Positions 30,082 to 40,691 are shown, counted from the first letter of the stretch. The stretch is DNA of 64,000 nucleotides from Desulfocapsa sp. (GCA_013426795.1 JACDZF010000001.1:15552-79551), one strand, 5' to 3'. Made by a program: numbers and translations. The notes: generated by a model not told the origin, from the sequence alone.

Positions 30082-33000
30082 ATGAAAATCAGCAGGAGAA
30101 GATTCCTGTCCATGTCCGGAGCCATAGGATCAGGTGTCGCCCTGTCCTCGCTCGGACTGGATCTCACCGCTCTCAAGGCGCATGCCGCAGAGCTCAACAA
30201 GACGGATCAAGTCCGCATGGCCAGACAGTCGACGACGATCTGCTGTTACTGTTCGGTGGGCTGCAGCCTGATCTGCAGCACCGACAAGATGACCGGCAAG
30301 ATCTTCAACATTGAAGGTGATCCGGACCATCCGATCAACGAAGGATCCCTCTGCGCCAAAGGTGCCGGTCTCTTCGGGATGACCGAGGTCAACCAGCACC
30401 GCCTGCGCAAGGTTCTCTACCGGGCCCCGAAAAGCAATAAGTGGGAAGAGAAGGACTGGGACTGGAGCCTCAAACGCATCGCCCGTCTGGTCAAGGACAC
30501 ACGCGACAAGGATTTCATCACCCACAACGAAAAGGGCGAGCTGGTCAACCGCGTCGAGAGCATCGCCCACTACGGTACCTCAAACATCAACAACGAAGAA
30601 TGCTGGACCTTGAGTGTCGCCTGCCGTGCCATGGGCCTTATCAACATCGATCACCAGGCCCGCGTCTGACACAGCCCTTCCGTATCGGCTCTGGGAGAGT
30701 CGTTTGGTCGTGGTTCGATGACAAATCATTATATAGACCTGAAGAACAGTGACTGCATCCTCATTATGGGAAGCAATGCCGCTGAAAATCACCCCATCGC
30801 CTTCAAGTGGATTCTCCGCGCCAAGGACCGGGGCGCCAAAATCATCCATGTGGATCCCCGCTATACCCGCACCTCAGCCCGTTGCGATTATCATGTACCC
30901 CTGCGCTCCGGTACCGATATCGCCTTCCTGGGCGGTATGATCAAGCACATCATCGACAACAACATGATCCAGGAAGAGTACGTGAAGTATTACACCAATG
31001 CCTCGCAGATCGTTAATCCTGACTTCAGCTTCAAGGATGGCCTTTTCTCCGGATATAATGCCGAGAAACGCAGCTATAAAAAAGATACCTGGACCACCAT
31101 GAAAGACGAGGCGGGGATTCCCATCCGCGACTACACCCTTCAGGATCCCCACTGCGTCTATCAGATGCTGAAGAAGCATTATGACCGCTATACCCTGGAT
31201 ATGGTTTCGTCGATCACCGGTGTCTCCAAGGAAGATCTGCTCCTGGTCTATAACGAGTACGGCGCCACCGGTGCCAAAGACAAGGCCGGAACCGAATGTT
31301 ACGCCCTCGGCTGGACCCATCATACCGTGGGCAGCCAGAACATCCGCGCCATGTCCATCATCCAGCTGCTCCTTGGCAATATGGGCGTCTGCGGCGGCGG
31401 GATCAACGCCCTGCGCGGCGAGCCCAATGTCCAGGGGTCCACCGATCATGCCATCCTTTACAACATCCTCCCCGGATATCTGAAGATGCCCTCCGGACCT
31501 GTGGACACCCTGGCCAAGTATATTGAAAAATATACCCCCAAGTCCACCGATCCTCAGTCAGTAAACTGGTACCAGAACTACCCCAAATACACCGTCAGTT
31601 TCCTCAAGGCCATATGGGGTGACAAGGCGACAGCCGAGAACGAATTCGGCTATTCCTGGCTGCCCAAGCTGGACGACGGCAAACATTACTCCATCCTTCA
31701 CACCTACGACGCCATGTATGCCGGCAAAATCAAGGGTTTCTTTGCCTATGGCTCCAACGTTGCGGTCAGCTCACCGAACAGCACCAAGGTGCGTCGCAGT
31801 CTGGAAAAACTGAAATGGATGGTCAACGTCAATATCTTCGATAACGAGACGGCCTCCTTCTGGAAGGCTCCAGGCGTTGATTCAAACGCCATCGATACCG
31901 AGGTCTTCCTCCTGCCGGCTGCCGCCAGCATGGAAAAGGAAGGCAGCCAGAGCAACTCCGGCCGCCTGGTGCAGTGGCGCTACAAGGCTGCCAATCCGCC
32001 GGGAGATGCCTGGGCCGATGGTGACATCACCATGAAACTCATGGACACCCTTCGTGAACTCTACAAGAAGGAAGGCGGAGCGTTCCCGGAACAGATCCTG
32101 AATCTCAAGTGGGATTACCGGGATGCGTCCGGGAAGTTTGATGCGCTGAAGGTCTCCAAGCAGATCAATGGCCACTACACTCAGGATGTGACCATCATCG
32201 ACCCGGTAACCGGCGCCAAGGAAGAAAACAAGAAGGGTGAAACTGTCCCGACTTTTGCCAAACTGATGGCCGACGGCTCCACCTCCAGCGGCAATTGGGT
32301 TATGGCCGGCAGTTTTGACCAGAAGGGTCTGAACAAGATGGCGAAGCGGGGCAAGGAAGATCCAACGGGTCTTGGCCTTTATCCCGAGTGGGCCTTTGCC
32401 TGGCCGCTCAATCGGCGTATTATCTACAACCGCGCCTCCTGCGATCTCGAAGGCAAGCCCTACAATCCAAATATGAAGCTCCTGGAATGGGTGGGAGATA
32501 AATGGGTGGGAGATGTTCCCGATGGCCCCGCGCCGCCAATGGCCAATAAAGAAAAGGGGAAAATGCCCTTTATCATGAAGGTTGATGGCGTCGGAGCTAT
32601 ATTTGGACCAGGCATGGTCGAAGGCCCCTTCCCGGAACATTATGAACCTCTGGAGGGACCACTCGCCAAAAATCTGATGTCAGGTCAGTCGCTCAATCCC
32701 GCCGTCACACCCTTCAAGAGTGATCTTGACAAGGTGGCCAATGCGGACAGCAAGTACCCCTTTGTCTGTACGACATACTCCGCCACCGAGCACTGGTGCT
32801 CCGGCTTTACCCGCTGGCAGCCATGGCTTCTGGAGATGATGCCTGAAGCCTATCTCGAGATTGGAGAAAAACTGGCAAAAAGCCTGGGAATTAAAAATGG
32901 TGAGACCATCAAGGTTGCCTCCATCCGTGGTGAATTGAAGTGTGTTGCCATGGTTACCAAACGGTTGGTACCATTCCAAATCGACGGCAAAACCGTCCAT

Positions 33001-33147
33001 GAAGTAGGTATGCCGTTCAATTATGGCTGGCGCTTCCCGGAAGACGCTACTGACGCATCGGCCAATTATCTGACGCCTTCCATTGGCTGCCCCAATACTT
33101 TCTGTCCCGAGTATAAGGCATTCATGGTTAACGTCAGTAAGGCTTAA
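30082..33147 (+). CDS. fdnG: Formate dehydrogenase catalytic subunit (molybdo/tungstopterin, Tat-exported, selenocysteine-containing)
   Basis: Twin-arginine signal SRRRFLSMSGA and an N-terminal Fe-S Cys cluster (CCYCSVGCS...C). Track ORFs 30082-30669 and 30718-33147 are in the same frame and are joined by TGA at 30667-30669 in the context HQARV-U-HSPSV. Confidence 0.92.
30667..30669 (+). other. In-frame UGA read as selenocysteine
   Basis: The context QARV[TGA]HSPSVSALGESFGRGSMTNHY matches the conserved FDH active-site Sec/Cys position. A candidate downstream hairpin is CGGCTC-TGGGA-GAGTCG at 30686-30702. Confidence 0.85.
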
Positions 33148-33161
33148 GGGGGAGAGAGAAT

Positions 33162-33959
33162 ATGAAAAAGGAACTCGTAAAATTAATCGATCTGTCCCGC
33201 TGTACTGCCTGTCGCGGCTGCCAGGTGGCTTGCAAACAATGGAACGAACTGCCGGCCAAACGGACCAGAAACCTCGGCAGCTACCAGAATCCACCGGATC
33301 TCCAGTGGAATACCTGGACCCTGATCCGTTTCCAGGAGCACGAAAAGAAAGACGGGAAGGTCAACTGGCTTTTCCGCAAGGACGGCTGTATGCACTGCAC
33401 CGATGCGGCCTGTATCAAGGTCTGCCCCACCGGTGCCCTGTACCATACGGAGTTTGGCTCGGTGAGTATGCATGCCGACAAGTGCATTGGCTGTAAGGCC
33501 TGCATCACCGCCTGTCCCTTCAGCGTACCCAAGTATGACCCTGAAACCAATAAGATCGCCAAATGCGATCTCTGCTACACCCGTCTCCAGGTCAATCAAC
33601 CACCGGCCTGTGTTCTGTCCTGCCCCACCGGGGCCCTGCAGATCGGAGCAAAGGATGCGATGATCAAAAAGGCCTACGCCAGGGCGGCGGAACTGGGTGG
33701 AGACGCCAATGTGTATGGCGACAAGTTTGTTAATGGTACCCATGTTGTCTATGTTCTGCCGGAAAGGGCCGACGTCTATGACCATCTGCCGGTGGACCCC
33801 AAGGTACCGCTGGAAATGATTATCTGGAAAGATGTCCTCAAACCGGCTGCACTTCTGACTGCCGGTGCTGTCGTGGCTGGCTGCTTCCTCCACTATATAA
33901 CACACGGTCCCAAAACCCCGGACGACGAAACCACCTGTGAAGGAGGGAACAAATCATGA
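33162..33959 (+). CDS. fdnH: Formate dehydrogenase iron-sulfur (beta) subunit
   Basis: Four ferredoxin-type Cys clusters (CTACRGCQVAC, CMHCTDAACIKVCP, CIGCKACITACP, CDLC...CVLSCP) plus a C-terminal TM anchor. Confidence 0.92.
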   Translation: MKKELVKLIDLSRCTACRGCQVACKQWNELPAKRTRNLGSYQNPPDLQWNTWTLIRFQEHEKKDGKVNWLFRKDGCMHCTDAACIKVCPTGALYHTEFGSVSMHADKCIGCKACITACPFSVPKYDPETNKIAKCDLCYTRLQVNQPPACVLSCPTGALQIGAKDAMIKKAYARAAELGGDANVYGDKFVNGTHVVYVLPERADVYDHLPVDPKVPLEMIIWKDVLKPAALLTAGAVVAGCFLHYITHGPKTPDDETTCEGGNKS

Positions 33960-34624
33960 AAAAAGGAATGATTAAGGCCACTGGCCCGTTTGAACGCGTC
34001 GTGCACTGGTGTGTGGCATTATCCTGCCTCCTGTTGTGCCTTACCGGTATGGGAATGATGTTTCACTCCTTAAATGGGATCGGCACCATGGTTGGGGGAA
34101 TGGCAAATCTGAAGACGATCCATAATTTTGGCGGAATCTTTTTCGCCATCAGCCTGGTCTTTACCATCGGTATGTGGTGGAAAGAAGCCGGCCTGTTCTC
34201 TTTCCCTGAGGACTGGCAGTGGATCATGGCGGGTGGCGGCTATCTCTGGCATGTTGAAAATATGCCGGAGGTGGGCAAGTACAATCCCGGCCAGAAGATG
34301 TTCTTTCTGGCGGTCGCCCTGTTTGGCGCGGTTATGGTGGTCAGCGGGCTGATCATCTGGTTTCCCTTCAGTTTTGCGGTGTCGCTGGTCCGGATGATGT
34401 ATGTCCTGCACGCCCTGGGCTTCGTGATTATTTTCGCCTTCTTCTTTATCCATTTGTATCTGGTCACCGTTGGTGCACCCGGTTCAGCCCCTGCCATGTT
34501 CACCGGCTGGGTTACAAAGGCCTGGGTCAAGAAACAGCACCCAAAATGGCTGAAAGAGATGGAAGAGGATGGCACCCTGGTGGTCTATGGTGAAGAAAAG
34601 TGTTCCAAAAAAGGACGTTGTTGA
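33956..34624 (+). CDS. fdnI: Formate dehydrogenase cytochrome b (gamma) subunit
   Basis: Four-TM b-type cytochrome with conserved His residues. ATGA overlap with fdnH. Confidence 0.85.
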   Translation: MKKGMIKATGPFERVVHWCVALSCLLLCLTGMGMMFHSLNGIGTMVGGMANLKTIHNFGGIFFAISLVFTIGMWWKEAGLFSFPEDWQWIMAGGGYLWHVENMPEVGKYNPGQKMFFLAVALFGAVMVVSGLIIWFPFSFAVSLVRMMYVLHALGFVIIFAFFFIHLYLVTVGAPGSAPAMFTGWVTKAWVKKQHPKWLKEMEEDGTLVVYGEEKCSKKGRC

Positions 34625-34773
34625 TCCTTTCCATATCCATTAAGGTGTGAGGGTTTGTTTGGAATCCCTCTGCATGATACAAAGGATCGGGGTGTGCAAA
34701 CGCCCCGGTCTTTTGCATGTCAAGCCAATGGAGTTTTTATCAAGTCAACAATATCTCTTAAAGGTTTTTTATC

Positions 34774-35664
34774 ATGGTAAGCAGCAATGACGATATCGAA
34801 ACACTGGCAGAGGAAATAGAGCAGGCTCGCACGGCTCTCCCCCATATCGCCAGTCTGCTTAATGCCTTCGGTCCCCTGATGATGGGCAGAAGCCGCTGGC
34901 TTATGGAGGTGCAGGAGGACCCCAAAAAAATCCCGGTTGATCCAATCCAGTACCATGACGGCAAGCCTCTCAGCGAGCAGGGCTCGCTTTTTTCCCCTGA
35001 AGATCCCTGGCAAAGTGCCGGTTTGGCCGTAGCCCAGGCCATCGCCTTGGGATTCCCCAATGCAGCCAGGAGTATGACTGCCCTTTCCAGTCTGATCGCC
35101 GATGGGAGGGTCGATTGCTCCTCCCTTATCACTTTGTCCGAGCTGGACGATGATGCCCAGCTCACGGCCCGTGCCGTCGAGCTCGCCATGGAGCTGGAGA
35201 TTCTGCTCCTTTTTCTGAGATTCCTGGGTCGGTTTCTGCTCACCAGAATAGCCCGGGATATGGCCGACGAGCTTGCCCCTCTCTCCTGGAGCAAGGGCTA
35301 TTGTCCGGTATGCGGCACTTTCCCGCATCTGGCCATCCTCAGAGAACATGGCCAGAGGTGGCTGCAATGCGGTGAGTGCGGTCATGAATGGAAGTTCCCC
35401 CGCCTGCAATGCCCCCATTGCGAGCATGAAGACCCGGCTGATACGAGCTATCTTTTTGTTGCTGGAAACAAAGAGGACACCGCCTTCACCTGTAGCCAAT
35501 GCCAAAGATACCTGGTGACCAGCAGTCGTCCGGCGGAACTGCACCAGAGCCCTGCCGACCTCATCGCCATCACCCTTGCCCATCTGGATATTCTCCTCCA
35601 GGAAAACGGCTTTACGCCCATGGCCGAGTGCGAATGGAATACCCTTGGATCTCCGCAGGTATGA
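34774..35664 (+). CDS. fdhE: Formate dehydrogenase accessory protein FdhE
   Basis: Four CxxC pairs (CPVCG, CGECG, CPHCE, CSQCQ), typical length and operon position. Confidence 0.88.
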   Translation: MVSSNDDIETLAEEIEQARTALPHIASLLNAFGPLMMGRSRWLMEVQEDPKKIPVDPIQYHDGKPLSEQGSLFSPEDPWQSAGLAVAQAIALGFPNAARSMTALSSLIADGRVDCSSLITLSELDDDAQLTARAVELAMELEILLLFLRFLGRFLLTRIARDMADELAPLSWSKGYCPVCGTFPHLAILREHGQRWLQCGECGHEWKFPRLQCPHCEHEDPADTSYLFVAGNKEDTAFTCSQCQRYLVTSSRPAELHQSPADLIAITLAHLDILLQENGFTPMAECEWNTLGSPQV

Positions 35665-35755
35665 GAAGAGCAGGGGCCTCTCTTCGTGATGGTCCTGTTT
35701 TCCTTGGGCTCCACTCCGTCTGCATGTATTTTTTGATTCCAGGTTCTGGAACAAT

Positions 35756-35787
35756 GGCAGGAAAAGGCCTGAACCGCTTTTCCTGCC
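35756..35787 (+). terminator. Stem-loop after fdhE (possible terminator/attenuator, no strong U-tract)
   Basis: GGCAGGAAAAG (35756-66) and CTTTTCCTGCC (35777-87) form a perfect 11-bp stem with a 10-nt loop. Confidence 0.4.
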
Positions 35788-35887
35788 TTACCGGAGGTGA
35801 GCGCCATCAAAGCTGGAAACTGTTGACAAAGAAATCCATCAATGATTATGAAACAGCTCATCCTTCCTTTCAAACCGAATAAACGCT

Positions 35888-36826
35888 ATGAAGTCCATCC
35901 AGATGCCTAAACTTTTATCCACCAAAGAAGTTGCCGATCTGCTTAACGTCAATGAGAAGATGGTCTATTCACTGGTCAACGAGAAGGGTTTACCGGCCAC
36001 CAAGGTTACCGGTAAATGGCTGTTTCCCCTCCGTCTGGTGGAAGAATGGCTCGACTCCCATGTCATCAATTACAAACGATCGGATATCGCCCTCTCCACC
36101 GATGACGGCGTCCTTCTCATCGCCGGCAGCGACGACCTTCTTTTCCAGAGGGCTCTTTCCCTGTATCACTCCAAACGCAAGGACATGGTGGCATTTTTCG
36201 CCAACCTCGGCAGCATGGGTGGACTGACCAGTCTGCGCCGGGGCCTCTGCCATATCGGTGTCTGTCATCTCCTCCAGGATGAGAAGAATGAGTACAACTT
36301 TGACTTTGCTGACCAGGAGCTGGATCGCGCCCCGATATTCGTCAATTTCAGCCAGCGGGAACAGGGCATCCTGATTCGCAAGGGGAATCCCAAGGGAATC
36401 CGGTCGGTGAGTGATTTCGCGAGAGACGACGTGCGCATCGTCAATCGACAACTGGGCACCGGCACCCGCCTTCTGCTGGACTATGAGATTTCACGATCAG
36501 CCATTTCGGCCTCCGATATTGCCGGCTACCATGATGTAGTTCCCCGCCATCTTGACGCTGGACTTGAGGTGCTTTCCGGTCGCGCGGATGCGGCCCCGGC
36601 CATCCGTGCCGTGGCCGGTCTGCTTGACCTTGACTTTATTTCCCTGCGCTGGGAGCGGTTTGATCTGCTGATCAGCCGTGACCGCTTCCTGGAACGAGGA
36701 ATCCAGAATTTTATCAGCCTCCTCCATGATCAAGAGTTCAAGAATCTTGCGCAGTCATTTTCCGGCTATGATCTCTCCCTCAGTGGGACCATGCTGTATC
36801 CAGATAATTTAACCAACAAGGAGTAG
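35888..36826 (+). CDS. TunR-like transcriptional regulator (excisionase-type HTH + PBP-like oxyanion-binding domain)
   Basis: N-terminal HTH_17-like LLSTKEVADLLNVNEKMVYSLVNEKGLPATKVTGKWLF and a C-terminal periplasmic-binding-protein-like domain. The stop lies 3 nt before tupA. Confidence 0.75.
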   Translation: MKSIQMPKLLSTKEVADLLNVNEKMVYSLVNEKGLPATKVTGKWLFPLRLVEEWLDSHVINYKRSDIALSTDDGVLLIAGSDDLLFQRALSLYHSKRKDMVAFFANLGSMGGLTSLRRGLCHIGVCHLLQDEKNEYNFDFADQELDRAPIFVNFSQREQGILIRKGNPKGIRSVSDFARDDVRIVNRQLGTGTRLLLDYEISRSAISASDIAGYHDVVPRHLDAGLEVLSGRADAAPAIRAVAGLLDLDFISLRWERFDLLISRDRFLERGIQNFISLLHDQEFKNLAQSFSGYDLSLSGTMLYPDNLTNKE

Positions 36827-36829
36827 AAC

Positions 36830-37726
36830 ATGATGAAACGATTATTGGCACTATTAGGTATTTGTCTCTTGAGCTCGGTTCTTGGTACCTCGGCCCAGGC
36901 CGAAGACAAGGTCTTGAAGATGTCCACCACCACCAGCACCGAGGCCTCGGGGCTTCTCAACATCCTGCTTCCGGCCTTTGAAAAGGATACCGGCATCAAG
37001 GTCAAGGTCATCGCCAAGGGAACGGGAGCTGCCATTAAAGATGGTGAAGACGGCAACGTCGATGTTATTTTTGTCCATGCCGTGGATCGCGAGATGAAAT
37101 TTGTGCAGGACGGTTTCGGCACCAAACGCTATCCGGTCATGCACAATGACTTTATTCTGCTCGGGCCTGCGGCTGATCCGGCAGGGATCAAGGGAATGAA
37201 GGATTCTCCGGCGGCCCTGAAAAAGCTTGCCATGGCCAAGGCCCCCTTTATTTCCCGGGGAGATGACAGCGGCACCCATACCAAGGAACTCGAAGTGTGG
37301 AAGGCAAGCGGAGTTGCCATGGCTGACAAGAAAATCACCATGGCCAAAGACGGGAAGGATGTGGAGGTTGCCAGCAAGAGCCCTGCCAATTCTGAAGCCT
37401 GGTACTTCTCCATCGGCCAGGGAATGGGCAAGACCCTGACCTTCGCCGATGAAAAACAGGCCTACACCCTCTCTGACCGCGGCACCTATATCGCCTATAA
37501 ATACGGGAAAAAACCAGCCATCGGCCTGGAAATTCTGGTGGAAGGTGATGCCGATCTTGCCAACCCCTACGGGATTATTCCGGTCAATCCCGCCAAGTTT
37601 CCCCATGTCCAGTATGATATGACCATGCAGTTTGTCAACTGGCTTACCGGCGAGCCCGGCCAGAAACTGATCGGCGGTTTTCTCCTGGAAGGGAAACAAC
37701 TGTTCTTTCCTGACGTCATCAAATAG
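36830..37726 (+). CDS. tupA: Tungstate ABC transporter substrate-binding protein
   Basis: Signal peptide and the TupA-type motif MSTTTSTEASGLL. Followed by a permease and an ATPase. Confidence 0.85.
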   Translation: MMKRLLALLGICLLSSVLGTSAQAEDKVLKMSTTTSTEASGLLNILLPAFEKDTGIKVKVIAKGTGAAIKDGEDGNVDVIFVHAVDREMKFVQDGFGTKRYPVMHNDFILLGPAADPAGIKGMKDSPAALKKLAMAKAPFISRGDDSGTHTKELEVWKASGVAMADKKITMAKDGKDVEVASKSPANSEAWYFSIGQGMGKTLTFADEKQAYTLSDRGTYIAYKYGKKPAIGLEILVEGDADLANPYGIIPVNPAKFPHVQYDMTMQFVNWLTGEPGQKLIGGFLLEGKQLFFPDVIK

Positions 37727-37756
37727 TTGATTGATATTTTCGGGGGGGAATAAAGT

Positions 37757-38530
37757 GTGGCAGCACACTCCCCCCCCTTTTTTAGCCTGGAGCGGGAACA
37801 CCGCTCACCTACCGACCCGGCTCCGATGGATCTTCTTGTTGACAGCACTCGATCAGCGTTCCTGCTTTTTTTAGCCTGCGACCCTGAGCTGCTCGATATC
37901 GTCTGGATATCAATGATGACCAGCGGCACGTCCACTCTTATAGCCGCCCTGTTCGGGGTTCCCGCCGGCTTTTTCATTGCCCACGGCAATTTTCCCGGCA
38001 AGCGCCTGCTCCTCACCATCCTGAACACCTTGCTGGCCCTGCCCACCGTGGTCATCGGCCTGCTGGTCTATGCCTTTATCTCGCGCCGGGGAGTGTTCGG
38101 CTCCCTCGATCTGCTCTACACCCAGACGGCCATGATTATCGGGCAGGTTATTCTGGTGACCCCCCTGGTCACCTCTCTGGTTCTCGCGGCCATCAGTCGC
38201 ATTGACTCGCGATACCGCAAAACGGCCATGACCCTTGGGGCCAACGACACCCAGGTGGCCCTTGTCATTCTGCGGGAGGCGCGTTTTGGTATCTGCGCCG
38301 CGATCATTGCCGCCTTTGGCCGGGTGATTGCTGAGATTGGTATCAGCATGATGCTGGGCGGCAATGCCAGGGGCTTTACCCGGACCATGACCACGGCCAT
38401 GGCGCTTGAATACGACAAGGGCGAGTTCGTGCTGGCAGTGGCACTGGGGCTGACCCTGATGACCATCGCCTTCGCGCTGAACATGCTCTTTCATTTTTTC
38501 CAGGGAAGGATCGAGAGTGATGTTGTATGA
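37757..38530 (+). CDS. tupB: Tungstate ABC transporter permease
   Basis: BPD_transp_1-type permease with 5-6 TM segments. Start is uncertain: GTG 37757 or ATG 37826 (MDLLVDS). Confidence 0.8.
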   Translation: MAAHSPPFFSLEREHRSPTDPAPMDLLVDSTRSAFLLFLACDPELLDIVWISMMTSGTSTLIAALFGVPAGFFIAHGNFPGKRLLLTILNTLLALPTVVIGLLVYAFISRRGVFGSLDLLYTQTAMIIGQVILVTPLVTSLVLAAISRIDSRYRKTAMTLGANDTQVALVILREARFGICAAIIAAFGRVIAEIGISMMLGGNARGFTRTMTTAMALEYDKGEFVLAVALGLTLMTIAFALNMLFHFFQGRIESDVV

Positions 38531-39209
38531 ACTGCGGGGTGTGACCCGGGAATTCAAGGGGCGGAAGGTCCTGGATCTGCCGCATCTTGCCATTGAATCC
38601 GGTAAAATCTATTCCCTTATCGGTCCAAACGGTGCGGGCAAGACAAGGCTGCTCAACATCCTTGCCTTCCTTGACCGGCCAACGGCAGGCGAAATCGACT
38701 TTTGCGGGAAACAGGTCACTTCCAGCAAGCAAGGCCTGCTTGCCTTGCGGCGGCGAGTGGTGCTGGTTGATCAGTATCCGATCCTTTTCACCGGCCCGGT
38801 CTGGAAGAATGTCGAATTCGGGCTGAAAGTGCGGGGTGTGGCGCGCCAGGAAAGGAGTGATCGGGTCCATGAAGTGTTATCCCTGGTCGGCATGGAGGAT
38901 TTTTTCAAAGCAGCGGCCGAAAAACTTTCCGGTGGTGAAACCAAACGGGTTGCTCTGGCGATGGCCCTTGCCGTTCGTCCGGAAGTGCTCCTCTGTGACG
39001 AACCCTGTGCCAATGTAGATGAAGAGAATCAGAAAATAATCATCCAGATTCTTGACCGGATCAACCGGGAGCAGAGCGCCTCAATTATCTTTTCCACCCA
39101 TTATCTGGCCCAAGGACGCAGCCTGGCCCATGACGAACTGCACCTTGAGCACGGCAGATTATGCGTCAAGTCCGAACAGTCTCAAGGTCAGGTTTTGCCT
39201 GTGAATTGA
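38517..39209 (+). CDS. tupC: Tungstate ABC transporter ATP-binding protein
   Basis: Walker A GPNGAGKT, signature LSGGETKR, Walker B LLCDEP. Overlaps tupB. Confidence 0.85.
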   Translation: MMLYELRGVTREFKGRKVLDLPHLAIESGKIYSLIGPNGAGKTRLLNILAFLDRPTAGEIDFCGKQVTSSKQGLLALRRRVVLVDQYPILFTGPVWKNVEFGLKVRGVARQERSDRVHEVLSLVGMEDFFKAAAEKLSGGETKRVALAMALAVRPEVLLCDEPCANVDEENQKIIIQILDRINREQSASIIFSTHYLAQGRSLAHDELHLEHGRLCVKSEQSQGQVLPVN

Positions 39210-39530
39210 AACCATTGCCAACTTCACTGAATGATGGCCAACCCGGTTTCTTTCAGGACGCGACCAGAGTAGTGTAGTTCTTTTCATTCACTTCATCTTT
39301 ATTTTCGAACAGTTCCATACATTCCCAGTATTTTTTACGGCATCATTGTATTTTTTTTCCACAGCATATATAAGCTTCTAGGGAAATGCGATTTTCCGGG
39401 AAACAAAGAATGATCCGACAACCATTGTCTTTCAAAGGACACCAAGACTTCATGGGGTAGAATAAGTCCTGAATCATCCTGGCCTTTTCTGCTTGAGAGA
39501 CGATCCATTCCAATTACTTTGGAGAAAATA

Positions 39531-40352
39531 ATGAAAATTTTCAATAAAATTGCAACATTAGCAGCTCTACTAGTGCTTTCATCACCCTGGTCCGTATCGG
39601 CTGAATCCCTCTCCCTTTATGCTGCTGGAAGTTTGAAAGAAGCCATGGGCGAGATAGCGGCCTCCTATGAAAAAAGCTATACGACAAAAGTTTCCACAAA
39701 ATTCGGCCCCAGCGGCCTGTTGAGAAAGGCCATCGAGGGAGGCGAGAATCCTGATGTTTTCGCTTCTGCCGACATGGATCATCCGCAAGCGCTTGCCTCC
39801 GGCAAATGGGGAAGTCCGGTTGTCCTCTTTACCCGAAATCAACTTTGCGCTGTGGCTCAGTCCAATGTTGAAGTAACATCAGAGAATTTCCTGAATACCC
39901 TGTTGGACAAGGACATACGAGTGGGCACGTCAACCCCGAAAGCAGACCCAAGCGGAGACTATGCCTGGGAACTCTTTAAAAAGGCCGACACAATTAAGGC
40001 AGGGAACTTCACATCACTTTCCGAAAAGGCACTCCAGCTCACTGGCGGTCCAGACAGTGCCAAGGCTCCGGAAGGACGGAACCAGTATGGATGGGTAATG
40101 GCCGAGAAGAAGGCGGACATCTTCCTCACCTATTGCACCAACGCTGTCCTGGCCCAAAAAGATTTCCAATCCCTGAAAATCGTCCGGATCCCGGCAAATC
40201 TTTCTGTGGGCGCCGACTACGGCCTTTTAGTCCGGAATAGTGCATCCACTGAGGCATGGCGACTGGCCATGTTTATCTTGTCTCCCGAAGGGCAAAAGAT
40301 CCTGCGTGCCTATGGATTTGAGGCCTCAGCAATTCCCCAGGAGAAAAAATAG
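39531..40352 (+). CDS. ModA-family molybdate/tungstate-binding periplasmic protein (orphan)
   Basis: Signal peptide ending VSA-ES. ModA-like LYAAGSLKEAMGEI...FGPSGLL...DVFASAD. GGAGA SD lies 5 nt upstream of ATG 39531. No modBC genes are adjacent. Confidence 0.75.
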   Translation: MKIFNKIATLAALLVLSSPWSVSAESLSLYAAGSLKEAMGEIAASYEKSYTTKVSTKFGPSGLLRKAIEGGENPDVFASADMDHPQALASGKWGSPVVLFTRNQLCAVAQSNVEVTSENFLNTLLDKDIRVGTSTPKADPSGDYAWELFKKADTIKAGNFTSLSEKALQLTGGPDSAKAPEGRNQYGWVMAEKKADIFLTYCTNAVLAQKDFQSLKIVRIPANLSVGADYGLLVRNSASTEAWRLAMFILSPEGQKILRAYGFEASAIPQEKK

Positions 40353-40691
40353 TCCCAGAGTATGATTTGGTTTGCCCGGACGATGACAACTGGAGTATTC
40401 TTGGCGCGTTCATGAGACTGCAGTTGTCATAAGGATCAGATGCCAGACATCCCGCCAGTATGACAGACGCAGAGACAGCTTTGCCCATATTCACGGATAA
40501 CCCCAGGTGACCAGGACTCTCTCCTGCCATTATATGATGGTCGTTGGAGTTCTTGCCCGGGCTTTAAGGCCACCCAACCCATCCCGATCAATGGCTGGGC
40601 TACTCCATTTTTATTCAGCAAACGCAACGGAGTCAGAACTCAATTCACCGTTGCACATCATAATCAAGACAGCAAAGCAAAGGAGGAAGGA

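Noticed and set aside
30670-30717. Apparent break of the formate dehydrogenase large subunit into two ORFs (pseudogene?)
   Set aside because: It has the same frame and a single TGA at the conserved Sec position, with conserved residues on both sides. It is interpreted as selenocysteine read-through.
36854-37801. 315-aa minus-strand ORF over tupA. The same pattern occurs at 46914-48161 (over the TrpB-like gene and dacB), 53532-54773 (over the U32 gene), 57428-58606 (over the EF-G paralog), 44187-45266 and 55513-56253.
   Set aside because: All are antisense to confidently identified genes and have Gly/His/Asp/Arg-rich nonsense translations.
40383-40430. 10-bp inverted repeat ATGACAACTG...CAGTTGTCAT with a 28-nt loop between the ModA-like gene and aqpZ
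   Set aside because: The long loop and the lack of a U-tract make this a weak terminator candidate at best, with no other support.
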